Positions 38,701 to 51,403 of a DNA stretch of 64,000 nt are shown here, piece after piece (the stretch's first letter is position 1; each line of letters begins with the position of its first letter). The DNA comes from Octopus sinensis (lineage: Eukaryota). The stretch spans positions 67,022,001 to 67,086,000 of the forward strand of contig NC_043005.1 in the NCBI RefSeq assembly GCF_006345805.1, read 5' to 3'. The notes under the pieces are model-generated. The model was not told the DNA's origin, made no database searches, and was given only the letters and a program-made list of their open reading frames with translations. A program made the translations under genes and the position numbers.

Positions 38701-40200
38701 TAGTAAAAACTTTTAAGTATAAGAGACTTGAAGTGCAAAGTTTGTTTGGCCGGTAATCAATGTTCAAATATACGAATTAGAGCATCATTATTTTACAATA
38801 AGAGAACTGAAAACCAAATAGGTCACAACAAATCTAATTTTAATTCACCCACTAAAGCCATTAGTCTTTATATCTTCTATTTCTGTGCACTTTATAGTTA
38901 TATATTCCTTCTGCGTATTCTCTGTATATTCTTTATGTTATTTCTTGTCAAAATTAGTTTGACAAGATCGGAAGATTGGTACATTCTGCAGTTTGTCACA
39001 ACTAACTACCGTCGCACACCATCTGCATCACGCTTCTGTTTGACACATAAACAGGTAATATTCACACACACGCGCACGCACACACTCATATATGCGCACA
39101 TGCATGCGCACAAAACAACACACACACACAGATTCATCTACGAAGGCACAGTTGCATCCATACACATATCAAATATCATTACTAATTGTTCCGTATGTTT
39201 ACGCAAAAATGCACGCGCGCAAAGGAAGACATACTCATAGACACAGGAACCTGAATGCACGTTCAGTTTCACTTTAACAATAATTTCTACACACATACAT
39301 ATGCACATATAGATATATGCACACACACATACACACATACGCACGCATACACACTAGAGACGGAGGAAACACCAAACAGAGAACGCGTACACGAATCGTC
39401 GAACAACATGACGACTCTTTCGAATGCACTTCGATAACTTCCGACTATTCTCGCGATTTTTTAAATCATTTATATATTCATTCTTCTCGCTTGTTACCTA
39501 ACTTTCACGTCACTTACAACCTTCTTTACGCTAGAATAATCTCCATCTCTCTCTCTCTCCTTTCTCTCTCTCTCTCTCTCTCTCTCAATATATATATATA
39601 TACATACACACATATTTCTTTTATGTAACAGGTTTGCAATCACCCAAACACACAAGTACGCTCTTACACAGACACAGGAATATGCACACGCAGGATACAT
39701 GCATATGTACATACATACATATATACATACATAATACATATATATGTATGTATGTATATACATACTTAAATACATATATACGTATACATACACGCATACA
39801 CAATCATCAGTAACGTCAGCAATTTGAAAGCTTTCGGTCATGATTTTTGCTTTTGTATTTTGTGTTTGTATATTCAAAACCTGAACTGTTTTGCTTGATC
39901 GCGTTATGAAAACTGTGTGGTCAGATGTGAGCGAAGGAAACGCAATCAACTACCAACAAAACAGATCTGGTTTTTTGTCGTCAGATAAATGCTCACCTGT
40001 ACAAGCATCCTAATAATCCTTCATACGAATTTTTTGTCATCCTCTAATTTGATGCACTGTAACGACGGCGATATCAATATTGCCATCGTCATATCTTTAG
40101 AAGTGTATATTCGTTTATAAAGATTTTTACTTGTATAATCATATGATCATATGATTATAGAATTTTGTGTCGTATAATGGCAAACATTAGTTTATTGTAT

Positions 40201-40770
40201 ATTCTTTTCTACAAGGCCTGCAATTTTGGGGGAGGGGACCAGTCGATTAGATCGATCAATTACGCAACTGGTACTTAATTTATCGACCCAGAAAGGATGA
40301 CAAATAAAGTCGACATCAGCGGAATTTGAACTTAGAACGTAACGACAGACGAAATACTTATTTCTTTATTACCCACAAGGGGCTAAACGTAGAGGGGACA
40401 AACAAAGACAGACAACCGGATTAAGTCGATTATATCGACCCCAGTGCGTAACTGATACTTATTTAATCGACCCTGGAATGATGACAAGCAAAGTCGACCT
40501 CGGTGGAATTTGAACTCAGAACGTAGCGGCAGACGAAATACCTATTTCTTTGCTAACCACAAAGGGCTAAACACAAAGGAGACAAACAAGGACAGACAAA
40601 CGTATTAAGTCGATTACATCGACCCCAGTGCGTAACTGGTACTTATATAATCTACCCCGAAAGGATGAAAGGCAAAGTCGACCTCGGCGGAATTTGAACT
40701 CAGAAAGTAACGACAGACGAAATGTCGGTAAGCATTTCGCCCGGCGTGCTAAGTTTTCTGTACACCGCCT
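40201..40770 (-). mobile_element. SINE family A trimer: head + 2x[body+tail A] + [body+tail B]
   Basis: Units 40542-40725 and 40358-40541 are 184 bp each; junction GAAATAC|(C/T)TATTTCTTT on the + strand. Confidence 0.92.
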
Positions 40771-41044
40771 TAGTTTATCGTATATCGTCATATATTTATT
40801 TCGAATCTGTTTCCTTATATTTATGTACTCTTTAGATAATTAGAATAAGTGCTTCAATCCGTGTTGAAATGATGGAAAAGGCTGTGTAATTTGTATTTCT
40901 TTAAATTTAAGAAGTGAAAACAATTCCTTGCATTAATGACTACCATTACTTCGGTTTCAACTGTTTGTTTTCTTTAATGCTACAATTCCCATGTAGAAGA
41001 TGTTGCTATTCATATTACATATCAATAAAAATATACAAACATTT

Positions 41045-41376
41045 AGTGGCTGTGTGGTAAGTAGCTTGCTTACAAACCACATGGTTCCGGGTTCAGTCCC
41101 ACTGCGTGGATTTGGTAGACGGAAACTGAAAGAAGCCTGTCGTATATATGTATATATATATGTATGTGTGTGTGTGTGTGTTTGTGTGTTGCTTGACAAC
41201 CGATGCCGGTTTGTTTACGTCCCCGTCACCTAGCGGTTCGGCAAAAGAGACCGATAGAATAATTACTGGGCTTACAAAGAATAAATCCCGGGATCGATTT
41301 GCTCGATTAAAGGCGGTGCTCCAGCATGGCCGCAGTCAAATGACTGAAACAAGTAAAAGAGTAAAAGAGTAAAGAG
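41045..41376 (+). mobile_element. SINE family B, young copy with internal deletion
   Basis: GTGGCTGTGTGGTAAGTAGC..GGTTCAGTCCC; tail GGCGGTGCTCCAGCATGGCCGCAGTCAAATGACTGAAACAAGTAAAAGAG. Confidence 0.9.
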
Positions 41377-41394
41377 TATATGATTATATGTACA

Positions 41395-41830
41395 CTAATT
41401 AAGCATAAATTTACTAAATATTTTTTTCCGAATAATATATCAAGTATGTGTATATTTTTCTGAAATATATTCCTCCGGATCTATTCATCTCTTATTACAT
41501 TGTTTATATTGATTAATTATGTTAATTGACATCGTAATGTCTACTTCAGCTTAAATTTCAATATGATATAATTGAATTCAGATGAAATATATGAAGCTTG
41601 ACAAGTTAACTCATCAATATGACTTGCTATAAAAGTATACTTGTCTGCTTTTTAGCTAGATTTGTCTTTAAAATTTCGGAAATGCATTATCATAGTCAAG
41701 ACTATTGAAATGGCTGCAAGACTAAACAAAAATTTTCGGAAAATAAATAAGAAATGTGTGGAAATTTTACCGGTGTGTGTGTTAAATTATAAGGCACAAA
41801 AAGAAAATGACTCTTCCGAGACACAACCGA
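41395..41830 (+). mobile_element. Penelope-like 3' fragment carrying one arm of the 35.7 kb palindrome
   Basis: NLLN..C remnant at ~41408; ACTATTGAAATGGCTGCAAGAC..GTGTTAAATTATAAGGCACAAAAAGAAAATGA matches 35775-35885. Confidence 0.5.
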
Positions 41831-43848
41831 CTATCATCGCTGTTATCTCAAATAAATTGTATAAAATAAATTTCACTGTCTCATTCATTTTGAGTTCATG
41901 GTCTAATTAAGACACGGTCTAATAACGACCATCAAGTCGTTCAATCTCACCATCTATCCCAAGTATTTTACATATAATCCGAATCAAAAGCAGTAACTCT
42001 CAACACATGTGTCTTAATCAGGAATGTGTACTTTGAAGGTGTTTTACAAATAAGCACAAAATCTCACACTTGAAACTCCTAACATGTTAAACTAAACTGT
42101 AACCTATGAAAATGATGACATTCTGGTCATATAACGAGATTTACGACTGAAGTATCGCAAATAATCCAAAAGGAATATTGTTTCTGTTCTAAAGGCATAT
42201 TTTACAGAGATACCCTAGAAAAAATACTTAAAAAAACTAAAATACAGCAGGACACTCTTATAAACTTTGGAGGGGTAAATATCTCAGATCTATGTATTGC
42301 CGGTGGTCTCAAATAGTTAGCTAAGATAGAATCTCAGAAAGAAATGTACCTGAAACTGAAAACGAACACTGAAAAGAAAGAATGCACTACGAAAACACAA
42401 ATAATAATCACAAAAATCATTGAGTATAAAACAGACACAGAACTAACATGTGCAACACAAATGACAGATACAAACGCTATAACTGCTCATTTCTGACCAA
42501 CAACAACCAAACCAAGTTTATGCAAACAGAAAAATATGTAAAATTTAAATGACGAATAGTTAAAAATAAGACATTCTAAGGGCAAGATTCATAACCTTAA
42601 CATATTTGAACTGGATATGCAAGAAATGAAAACAACAGATTTAGAACTGGATATGCAAGTAATGAAAATAACAGATTTTCTTTTAAGCCAACATACGATC
42701 CACACGAGAATGAAACGCAATGGCATGGTAGAAAGAATAACAAAACATACACTCGGCTATCCCTGACTAAATTATGACAGGTACACACATTAACTATATG
42801 ACGCTAAACTGGTATAGGATCTGCAACAATCTCTGTGTTTGAATGGAAATCAAGCGCATTCTCAGATTCACTCAAGTATGAATATCAAATCCCAAGCAAA
42901 CGATATGGAAAACAAATATTCAGAAAACGAGAGAAAAGAAGAGAAATCATCTGTTAACCGCTGTTGTAATCAATAACGCCATTGATAGAAAACGTGAGAA
43001 AAATATAACAGAAATATAACATGACAAAGAAATCAAGAATCTGGAACAAGTGACCCTCATTAAGTCGCAGAGAAACCATTGGAAAACGGCAATAGTTAGT
43101 TGAAGAAAAACAATAATTGTTATTTGAAGAAAATAGATAGTTCAGAACAAACTCAAAGCAATAGTGTCAAGACATTTCTTATCAAAACCAAATAGTAGTC
43201 CGGAAGCACCATCAGTACCAGATGTAGAATAGAAGTATAAGGAGCTAAAAGCTCACTACGGATAAGATCGACCAAAACAAGAAACACAGCATTTGAACAA
43301 TCGTTTGTCCAAAACAAACAAAGGAGCAAATAAATCACGACAAAAAATAAGCTACTGGAAGGCTTTAGATATCAGGAAGATGCACAACTGTTTAAAAAAT
43401 TTGAGCAGTGACACATATGGTGCAGACAGAGAAGTATAATGAGATGCTTTCCAACATATGGAGAACTGCTGGCTCTCTGATTTATTAAAATGAAAACATA
43501 CTTAATCTCCAAGTCTATAGAAATGATATGCCTTCAAAGCTACAGATCCATAACATGCTCAGAAACATACAAATCCTTACCTTAAATCATAATGTAGCAA
43601 AAGAACATAGTAGCGGATCTGCAAAAACTCGATTATATTACTGCAAATGCTGCAATTGCTGGATATGTTTCATCAAAGCAAAATAAGCAGCTGAAAAGTT
43701 TGAGCATGGTATAAAATGACTTCTGACAATATCCAACACTGGGTCCTCCAAACACTAACCATAACTAAGGTAATAAACAAGAATATGCCACGATTGACAG
43801 TCAACGAACATATTTAGGTTTAGAAGCGTTGAGATATATTAAAAGATA

Positions 43849-44112
43849 CAGATAGGAAAATAATTTTATTCTCAAGCGCAGGATAATGCTAATAACATAA
43901 CGTAAACAGGATAAACTATTGATATTTTGCAGAAAAGTGTGTCGACGGCCAGCCACGAGGCACGAACTCACATCCCTGTGATTACGCGTGAAGTATTTTG
44001 CCATTAAGCTAAACTGATCCAACGACACGTCCTTCTGCAAATTCAGGATATATAAATCTAGCCTTATATTAGCATTGTCCTGAGCTTGAGAATAAAATTA
44101 TTTCCTTATCTG
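43849..44112. mobile_element. MITE with ~46 bp terminal inverted repeats (TIRs) and TA TSD (Tc1/mariner-type ends)
   Basis: TA|CAGATAGGAAAATAATTTTATTCTCAAGCGCAGGATAATGCTAATA ... TATTAGCATTGTCCTGAGCTTGAGAATAAAATTATTTCCTTATCTG|TA. Confidence 0.8.
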
Positions 44113-44157
<45 letters not shown>

Positions 44158-44249
44158 CATATATACACATATATATCTATTTATTTATGTATATATATAT
44201 ATAATATATATATATATTATATATATATATATACCTGCGTATGTGGGTG

Positions 44250-44497
44250 TGAGCGTGTTTGTATGTATGTGTGTTTCTGTGTGTGCATCTTTTTCTATAT
44301 TTGTCCCCCACCACCGCTTCACAAACAGTGTTGGTGTCATTACCTTCCCATAGACTAGCAGTTCGTTAAAATAATCCGATAGAATAAGTACCAGGCTTCA
44401 AAAACATTAGTACTGGGTCAATTGATTCTACTAAATATTATTCAATGCAGGGTCCCAGCTTGGCTGCAAACTAATGACTGAATAAAGTAAAAGCGAA
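44250..44497 (+). mobile_element. SINE family B, 3' half
   Basis: TTTGTCCCCCACCACCGCTT..CCGATAGAATAAGTACCAGGC..CCCAGCTTGGCTGCA..ATGACTGAA..AGTAAAAG. Confidence 0.75.
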
Positions 44498-45098
44498 AAG
44501 GGGAAGAAAAAAACATTATCCGGATCTACCAAAGAATTCAATGAATTTCAACTTAGAAATATGTATCAAAGTGACCTCGAACAGAGGAAAATTATTTCAG
44601 GACATTCTTATGTTACTTCATAGAAACTGAAATTAGATATCTGGACCAAGTATAGCCCTGCGCATACGATTATTTGGGTAACAAAAGACTGAACTGTTTA
44701 CATCATACACAAATGAAGGGATAGCTTAGGAAAAGAATTTATAACTGTGATATATTAATAATAAAAAGTGACTAAAGGCAAAATTAAGGCAATAAGCATC
44801 GATACTTTAGTTGTTTAAACTTTAAGATACATTCTGAGATAAAATATCCAACTACGTGCTAAACAAATTCACTAGGTTATACAAAGAAATAATGGAAATA
44901 ACCACTGCTTTTACAATGCATCGCCCAAGGTCTGAAATAGTGTCCAGATGTTCACCATGCAAGTAGAGTAGTGACGGCAAGTAAAAATCAATTAGAAAAT
45001 ATTCACCGGAGAACTAGAGAATTGTGTTGTGCAGAATGAAGGTAAATTCATACAAGTAGCCAAGGAATATAAATATGATAGTATGATCTGTAAATACT

Positions 45099-45104
45099 GA
45101 ATAA

Positions 45105-45151
<47 letters not shown>

Positions 45152-45257
45152 TAATAATAATAATAATAAGAAGAAGAAGAAGAGAAGAAGAAGAAGAAGA
45201 AGAGAAGAAGAAGAGAAGAAGAAGAAGAAGAAGAAGAAGAAGGAGAGGAGGAAGAAG
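45099..45257. repeat. (TAA)n switching to (GAA)n at the 5' junction of the Dong element
   Basis: Direct reading. Confidence 0.95.
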
Positions 45258-47677
45258 AATTTTGGAAGGAAATATGGTCGCCGAAGGAACAACCTAAGAA
45301 AAGGTCTATCAAAGCCAACGAACTCAGCACCTGAACAACTCTGGACCCCTATAACAACTGAAGAGGCCACCTAGGCACTGCAAAACTAAGCAACTGGAAG
45401 TCACCCGGGAAAAATAAGATCTCCAACCTCTGGTTAAATTATCTGACAGGAACTCACAAAAAGCTAGTAGAGACAATGCTTGAATGTCTTACGAAAGCGA
45501 AAAATTATCCTAGTTCCCAAATCCACTGAAACGGCAAACCCACAAAACTACAGACTAATAACTTGTCTCCCTACAATTTACAAAGCCTTTACTTCAATAA
45601 TATCATAGAGAATCAGCAAGCATCTGGAAGAAAACAACCTGTTTCCAGAAAAGCAGAATGGATGCTGCAAGGGCTCACACGGCTGTAAAGATTAACTAAG
45701 GAACAATAAAGCCATAACTGAAGGCAACCGCGGCAAGAAGGTTCTAAGTATGGCCTGGATCGATTACCGAAAGGTTTTTGATAGCATTACATACCCATGG
45801 ATCCTAGAACAAGGTAGCACCAATAATCATAAAATATATAGAACACTCTATGAATAAATGTCGGACGGTGCTACAGCTTCAAACAAAAGAGGGACTCATA
45901 AAATCCAAAGCCATCCATATTAGAAGAGGAATATTCCATGGAGACACGCTTTCTCCACTCCTTTTATGCTTGGCACCGACACATTATCTGACTTGCTAGA
46001 CAGAACTGGATGCGGATAGAACTGTTACGGCAAAATAATCAGCCACCTGATATATAAGGATGGCCTAAAACTGTACGCTACAAATGATAAACAGCTGGAA
46101 ACATTACTACATACAATACATGGATTTACCAAAGAAATAAGTATGAAATTTGGCTAAGAAAAATGTACCAAAGCAACCTTGAAAAGAGGAAAACTAGTTA
46201 TGAGTAGTAACATCACACTAGATAAAGCAAATGAAATAAGAGAAATAGACAAAAGCCAAGCATACAAATATTTAGGAATCAATGAACTAGATACGGTACA
46301 ACACACACAAATAGAAGAGAAAATATAAAAAGAGTAACAAAGACGAGTTAGATTAATACTGAAAACAGAGCTCAATGCGAAAAACAAAATAATAGGTATC
46401 AAGACTTTAGCCGCCCCAATTATAAGTTACAGTTACAATATCCTTAACTGGGCACTAAATGAACTAATCAAAATAGACAGGAAAAAAAGAAAAGTAATGA
46501 CAAGATTTAGGATACACCATGCAAAATCTTACATAGAAAAGTTATATATACAATATATAGAAAATGGTTGAGGCCTTATACAGCTAAAAAAACTGTTACA
46601 AAATAACTTCGACAGGATTGTAAAATACCTACTCCAGAATGAAGGAAAACTATTACAAATAACCACAAAACAAGAGAAAAACAAAACAAAAAATTTTCAG
46701 TTACGAAGGAAGCTTACAAATACAAACAAGAAGTCATACTATCTTACAATTATGAAGAAAAAGGAGAAACAACAAAAGCTGTAAAAAACTGAAATCCAAA
46801 CTAAAACCAGAACAGCAACGGATCATAATAAAACGATGGCAAGAAGAGCCTCTTCATGGCAAATACTGGGCTAAACTAAACACAAAAGAAATTGACAAAG
46901 CAAAATCCCATTAATTGCTGAGAAGCTCAGGACTCAAAGCAGATACTGAAGGATATTTAAGTGCAGCACAAAACCTCTCCCACCAGAAAATACCAAAAAC
47001 ATGTAATGAAAAGAAAACAACTGCAGAATATGTGGAGATGGAGAAGAAGCAATACATCATTGTCTCTGGCTGCCCGGTCCAGATTAAGAAGAAATATATT
47101 CACAGACACGACAGGGTTGGGACCTACATTCACTGGAAGTTATACCAACACTATGGAAGAACAACAGAAAAAAAGTTGGTATGGGCACACGCCAGAAAAG
47201 TCACAGAAAATGAGAGAGTAAAAATACTATGCCAATACACACAGATAGAGAAATTAAGGCCAATAGGCCAGATATGGTTGCTAGTGATCATGAAGAAAAA
47301 ATGTTTTCTAAGTGATGTATCAATACCAAGAAATGACAACGTTTCTCTAAAATATGGAGAAACTTTTACAATACAATGACCGGGAATTTGGAATATAAAA
47401 ACTCGAATGTGGAGTCTAAAAACAGAAACAATTCCTATCACAGTGAGTGCATTAGGTAAGAAAACATATTCATAGAAATACATAACAAAAACACCAGGAG
47501 TAACAAGTATATATAACATACAGAAAATAGCACTACTAGGCACCGCGCACATCCTACGTAAGACACATTCAATACAGTAACTATTAGAGCATCAAAGCAA
47601 ACCACAGCATATACCCAAGGCATACAGAGCTGCGCTCGGTAGTGAAGTGAAAGCATATTATACAAATAACACTACTG
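45252..47677 (+). mobile_element. R4/Dong-clade LINE (RT + CCHC + RLE), 5'-truncated, frameshifted
   Basis: EEFWKEIWS, NWKSPG, NYRLITCLPTIYK, LSMAWIDYRKVFDSI, RGIFHGDTLSPLL, ISHLIYKDGLKLYA, YKYLGI, HGKY, YIHRHDRVGTYIHW; 3' UTR nearly identical to 20110-20206. Confidence 0.92.
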
Positions 47678-47701
47678 AATAATAACAAAAATAATAATAA
47701 T

Positions 47702-47750
<49 letters not shown>

Positions 47751-47877
47751 TAATAATAATAATATTAATGATAATAATGATAATAATAATAATAATAATA
47801 ATAATAATATAATAATAATAATAATAATGATAATAATAATAATAATAATGATAATAATAATAATAATAAGGATGATG

Positions 47878-47911
<34 letters not shown>

Positions 47912-47937
47912 TAGTAATAATAATAATAATAATAATA

Positions 47938-47969
<32 letters not shown>

Positions 47970-48006
47970 AATAATAATAATAATAATGATAATAATAATA
48001 ATAATA

Positions 48007-48060
<54 letters not shown>
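47678..48060. repeat. (TAA)n/(TGA)n tract, 3' flank of the Dong element
   Basis: About 380 bp, direct reading. Confidence 0.97.
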
Positions 48061-48061
<1 letters not shown>

Positions 48062-48344
48062 CTTGAGTACAGTAAAAAATCAAACCCCACATTAGGGAAT
48101 TACCAAGTGCATATAATGAAGCAGAATGCAGTAACTGTAAAATATGTAGATTTGAATAACTATATTTTCACTTGGTTACCCATGCAAAGAATAAGTCGAT
48201 ATGAAAGATAGTGCTAAATCATACATTCACTGTAATGTATGCTAGCACTATGAAATATCAATGGGAAAAGCAATTGTAAAAGAATATATGGCGGCATTTG
48301 AACACAGCATGTAAAGAGTCTCGAGGAATGCTTCTAAACAATGT

Positions 48345-48558
48345 TTTCTACAATAGGCACAATGTCTAGAATTTGGGAGACGGATCAATTTGGTTACATC
48401 GACCGAATGCAAAATGCTCAACTAGTACTTATTTGGTCAACCTCCGAAAGGATGAAAGGCAAAAACGACTTCGGCGGAATTTGAACTCAGCATGTTAAGA
48501 CACAAAATGCTACTAAAACATTTGTCTGTGGCGTAACGTTTCTGCCGACTGCCGCTTT
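48345..48558 (-). mobile_element. SINE family A monomer (tail B)
   Basis: CCGAAAGGATGAAAGGCAAA..CGGCGGAATTTGAACTCAG..TCTGCC..GCCGC. Confidence 0.8.
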
Positions 48559-48585
48559 ATTGTTACTAAATAATGATAAATTATT

Positions 48586-48797
48586 CATTTCAAACTCTAG
48601 CTAAAGGCTAGCAACTTAGGGAATGGCGCAGGTCGATTACATCGACCTCAGGGTTCGACAGGTACTTATTTTATTGACTCCGAAAAGATGAAACGCAATG
48701 GGAACCTCAGCGGAATTTGAACTCATAACATTAAGTCAAATGGAATGCTGCTAAGCATTTGTGCGTGGCAGTAACGATTCTGCTAGGCCGCCACCTT
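48586..48797 (-). mobile_element. SINE family A monomer (tail B) with a 22 bp flanking direct repeat
   Basis: TACTAAATAAT(G/A)ATAAATTATT at 48564-48585 and 48803-48824. Confidence 0.8.
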
Positions 48798-49924
48798 AAT
48801 ACTACTAAATAATAATAAATTATTGTCTATTAAAATGTAAGCTTCGCTGCAGATTTATATCCACAAATCGTATTCCCAATAAGAAGATTATTTCTGCAGG
48901 CTTTTTATTTGCTTTTCAAAATACTTTTAGGGGCAACTAAATCAATACATTTTTTTAAAGTGTTTCATATGAATTCTGTTAGGTTAATACATTTATTAAT
49001 GATTTTCTTTTTTGCTTCTTTTGTTTTAAAGTTCACTGATCTACAGTTATTGTAGTGTATTTGGATACACCATCAATCACAACTAAATTTAAAATGTTTA
49101 CTGCTTCAAGGTAAGCTTAGACTCTGCATTAGTGCGAAGAAGTAAGATTCAAAAAATATTTACTCTCCTTGATTTCTTTTATCTTTATATAGAAACATCC
49201 GATATTCTAAATAATGTAAAAAAAAAATTAATAAAATTATCGTCAATAATACTCAAAAGTTATATACTTTTAATATCCTTGCGTTAAGAGCTATCGATCA
49301 ACGCGTTCATGATTAAAATGCACACACTTGTCAACAGATATGCGTATGGATGCATACTCATAAATACAAGTACACACATACTAACAAGTACTCAGAAAGA
49401 TATCCGCATACACGGCACAAACGTATGCACACGCATAGATATATGAGTGCGTATTCGTGCAAAATCTTGTGCTTAAAGCATTACGCACGTGCAAAGCATC
49501 TGCGATCTTTCAGATGCCATATACTCATGCATAGATAGAGACACTGTGAAGAGAATCGATTACTAGAGAGTGAGTTAAATAAATTAATAAATATAGGAGA
49601 TGAGGGAACGACAAAGAGAGGCAGAAAGAGATTAATGGATTATTTATAGTTAGGTAAATATCACAAACATTTGCGCCGTTGGATACAGCGGATCCATTTA
49701 TTGAACCTTTTCAAACGAGAATTGCTGTGGAAACAAAAGAATAAATGCAGAGGGTAGTTTTAACTCAAACTGTTTTGTTGCACTTTTGATTATTGTTTAT
49801 CACAATATATACTCCCATTAACATGTACTTAAAGTGAACAGATTACGTGTTTGATAAGTCCATTTGCTGTGTGTTAATTTCTACAGTGACATAATGGTTT
49901 AAAATTTGTTTTAAATGTTCGAAC

Positions 49925-50100
49925 AAAGTAAGCTGTTTGGGGCTATTTGCCCATTACATCGACTTAAATACTTGATGGTTTCTCTATTTTATCGACATTG
50001 AAAATATGAAAGGAAAACTTGAGCGTGTCGAAGTTGAACTCATATTGTAAAGAACCGAAAGGAATGCCGCTAACTGTTTTGTTCGGCGCGCTAACGGTGC
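49925..50100 (-). mobile_element. SINE family A, degenerate
   Basis: ATTACATCGAC..TTTTATCGAC..ATGAAAGG..TTGAACTCA..CGGCGCGCTAACG. Confidence 0.6.
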
Positions 50101-50565
50101 CTAACAACTATTCCTCGAGCACAGAGCATATATTTTGCTAAAGTTCAGTGAAAATGATTTTGGTAGTTGTTGTTACACGCAAATTTCTATGCTCTGTGGG
50201 ATTTCAAAACAAAATTATTTTTGGCACAAAAAAAAGTTCTATAAATTTGTTAAAATTAGTACAATATCGAAAAAGGCACGGAACTTCGTGTAAATTAATG
50301 GAGATATTATAGCATATTTATTATACTGAAATATATAATTCCACATGCATTATATGACAGAAGGATCACAAAACCACGTCTCACATACATGTGATATTTA
50401 TACACTTTTATACATGCATAGTTATACGTACCCATATGCATATTCAAGAGTGTGTGTGTAAATACATACATGCATATACACACAGACAGGCGCACACACA
50501 CACATATACATACACACTCACACATGGATAGATAAAGAGTGAGAGCCAGGTGGTTATAAATGTGT

Positions 50566-50610
<45 letters not shown>

Positions 50611-50699
50611 CAGACATATATGCACTGAGCGTAAAACATTCGGAGAGATCTAATGCATGTCACAATACCACTGTATGTAACTAGTTTATTTCGAACTGC

Positions 50700-51130
50700 G
50701 ACATTATTCTGAATGTCAAAAATAAACCACAGCGAAGCCAATCTGAAAACATATACGTAGCAGCATTTAATATATTGAACTGTAACATGGTGTGTTATAG
50801 TTGAGTTGATATCATATTTACGCATATCAGAAATCGCTCGGTTTAAATCTATTTCTATGACCAGTAGCAATATGATGTTGTGAAATATATCCTTTCACTG
50901 AGCAGAATGTATTTTTGTCACTGTTAATAGAACCAGATGCATGTAGTACTGAACATTTAGTGAACTAACGCAATTTGGAATTACATTTCCTGTCCGGAAA
51001 CGGAATAGCATACTTGCAATGGTTTCCAGCTCGTATCTTTATCATTTGATATGAGTAATAACGAAGTTAAGTTTTCCCGTTCTGTGACACAGCGTATTGA
51101 GCATTTCTGTTGTGGATCATTTCTCAATTT
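50700..51130 (-). mobile_element. Ginger2/KRBA2-like integrase-type transposase relic (HHCC zinc-binding region)
   Basis: Minus strand VQYYM..., HIATGH (50857-50874), RKYDINSTIT...YIKCC. Confidence 0.45.
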
Positions 51131-51153
51131 ATTCTATCTGAAATAAAATTGTA

Positions 51154-51403
51154 TCGGGTTGGTGCATAATTATTGCGGCTTTTTTTCAACGAATTTTATT
51201 CAATAATAACTATAACAATATTTAATAATAACATCTTTAAACGACGGACCGACCGTCTGCCAAGAAAATGGGAAGTAGTAATTGGTGTAGATGGTAAATA
51301 TGCTCTCGAATAGTCAGTTAAAAATGTTTTGTTACATGTTGGTATTGTTTTTGTTGAATAAAATCTGTTGAAAAAAAGCCGAAATAATTATGCACCAACC
51401 CAA
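51154..51403 (+). mobile_element. Mariner-derived MITE (250 bp) with TA TSD and transposase C-terminal remnant
   Basis: TIR T(C/T)GGGTTGGTGCATAATTATT(G/T)CGGCTTTTTTTCAAC, similar to Hsmar1/MADE1 ends; internal DRLPRKWEVVIGVDGKYALE*. Confidence 0.9.

Larger units (their letters stand above)
42300..45098 (+). mobile_element. Old, heavily decayed R4/Dong element (continues at 48061-48290)
   Basis: YRSITC..YK (43541), LSM.., MHRPRSE and CAGAATGAAGG (as at 46636) are collinear with the younger copy; RNYQVHIMK..NCKIC resumes after 48060. Boundaries are approximate. Confidence 0.6.

Noticed and set aside
40201-40770. CRISPR-like array
   Set aside because: The units are 184 bp SINE bodies with no unique spacers; eukaryotic context and no cas genes.
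51016-51135. Host coding exon on the minus strand (NKLRNDPQQKCSIRC..WKPLQ)
   Set aside because: It is contiguous with Ginger-like integrase remnants, so more likely transposon-derived.
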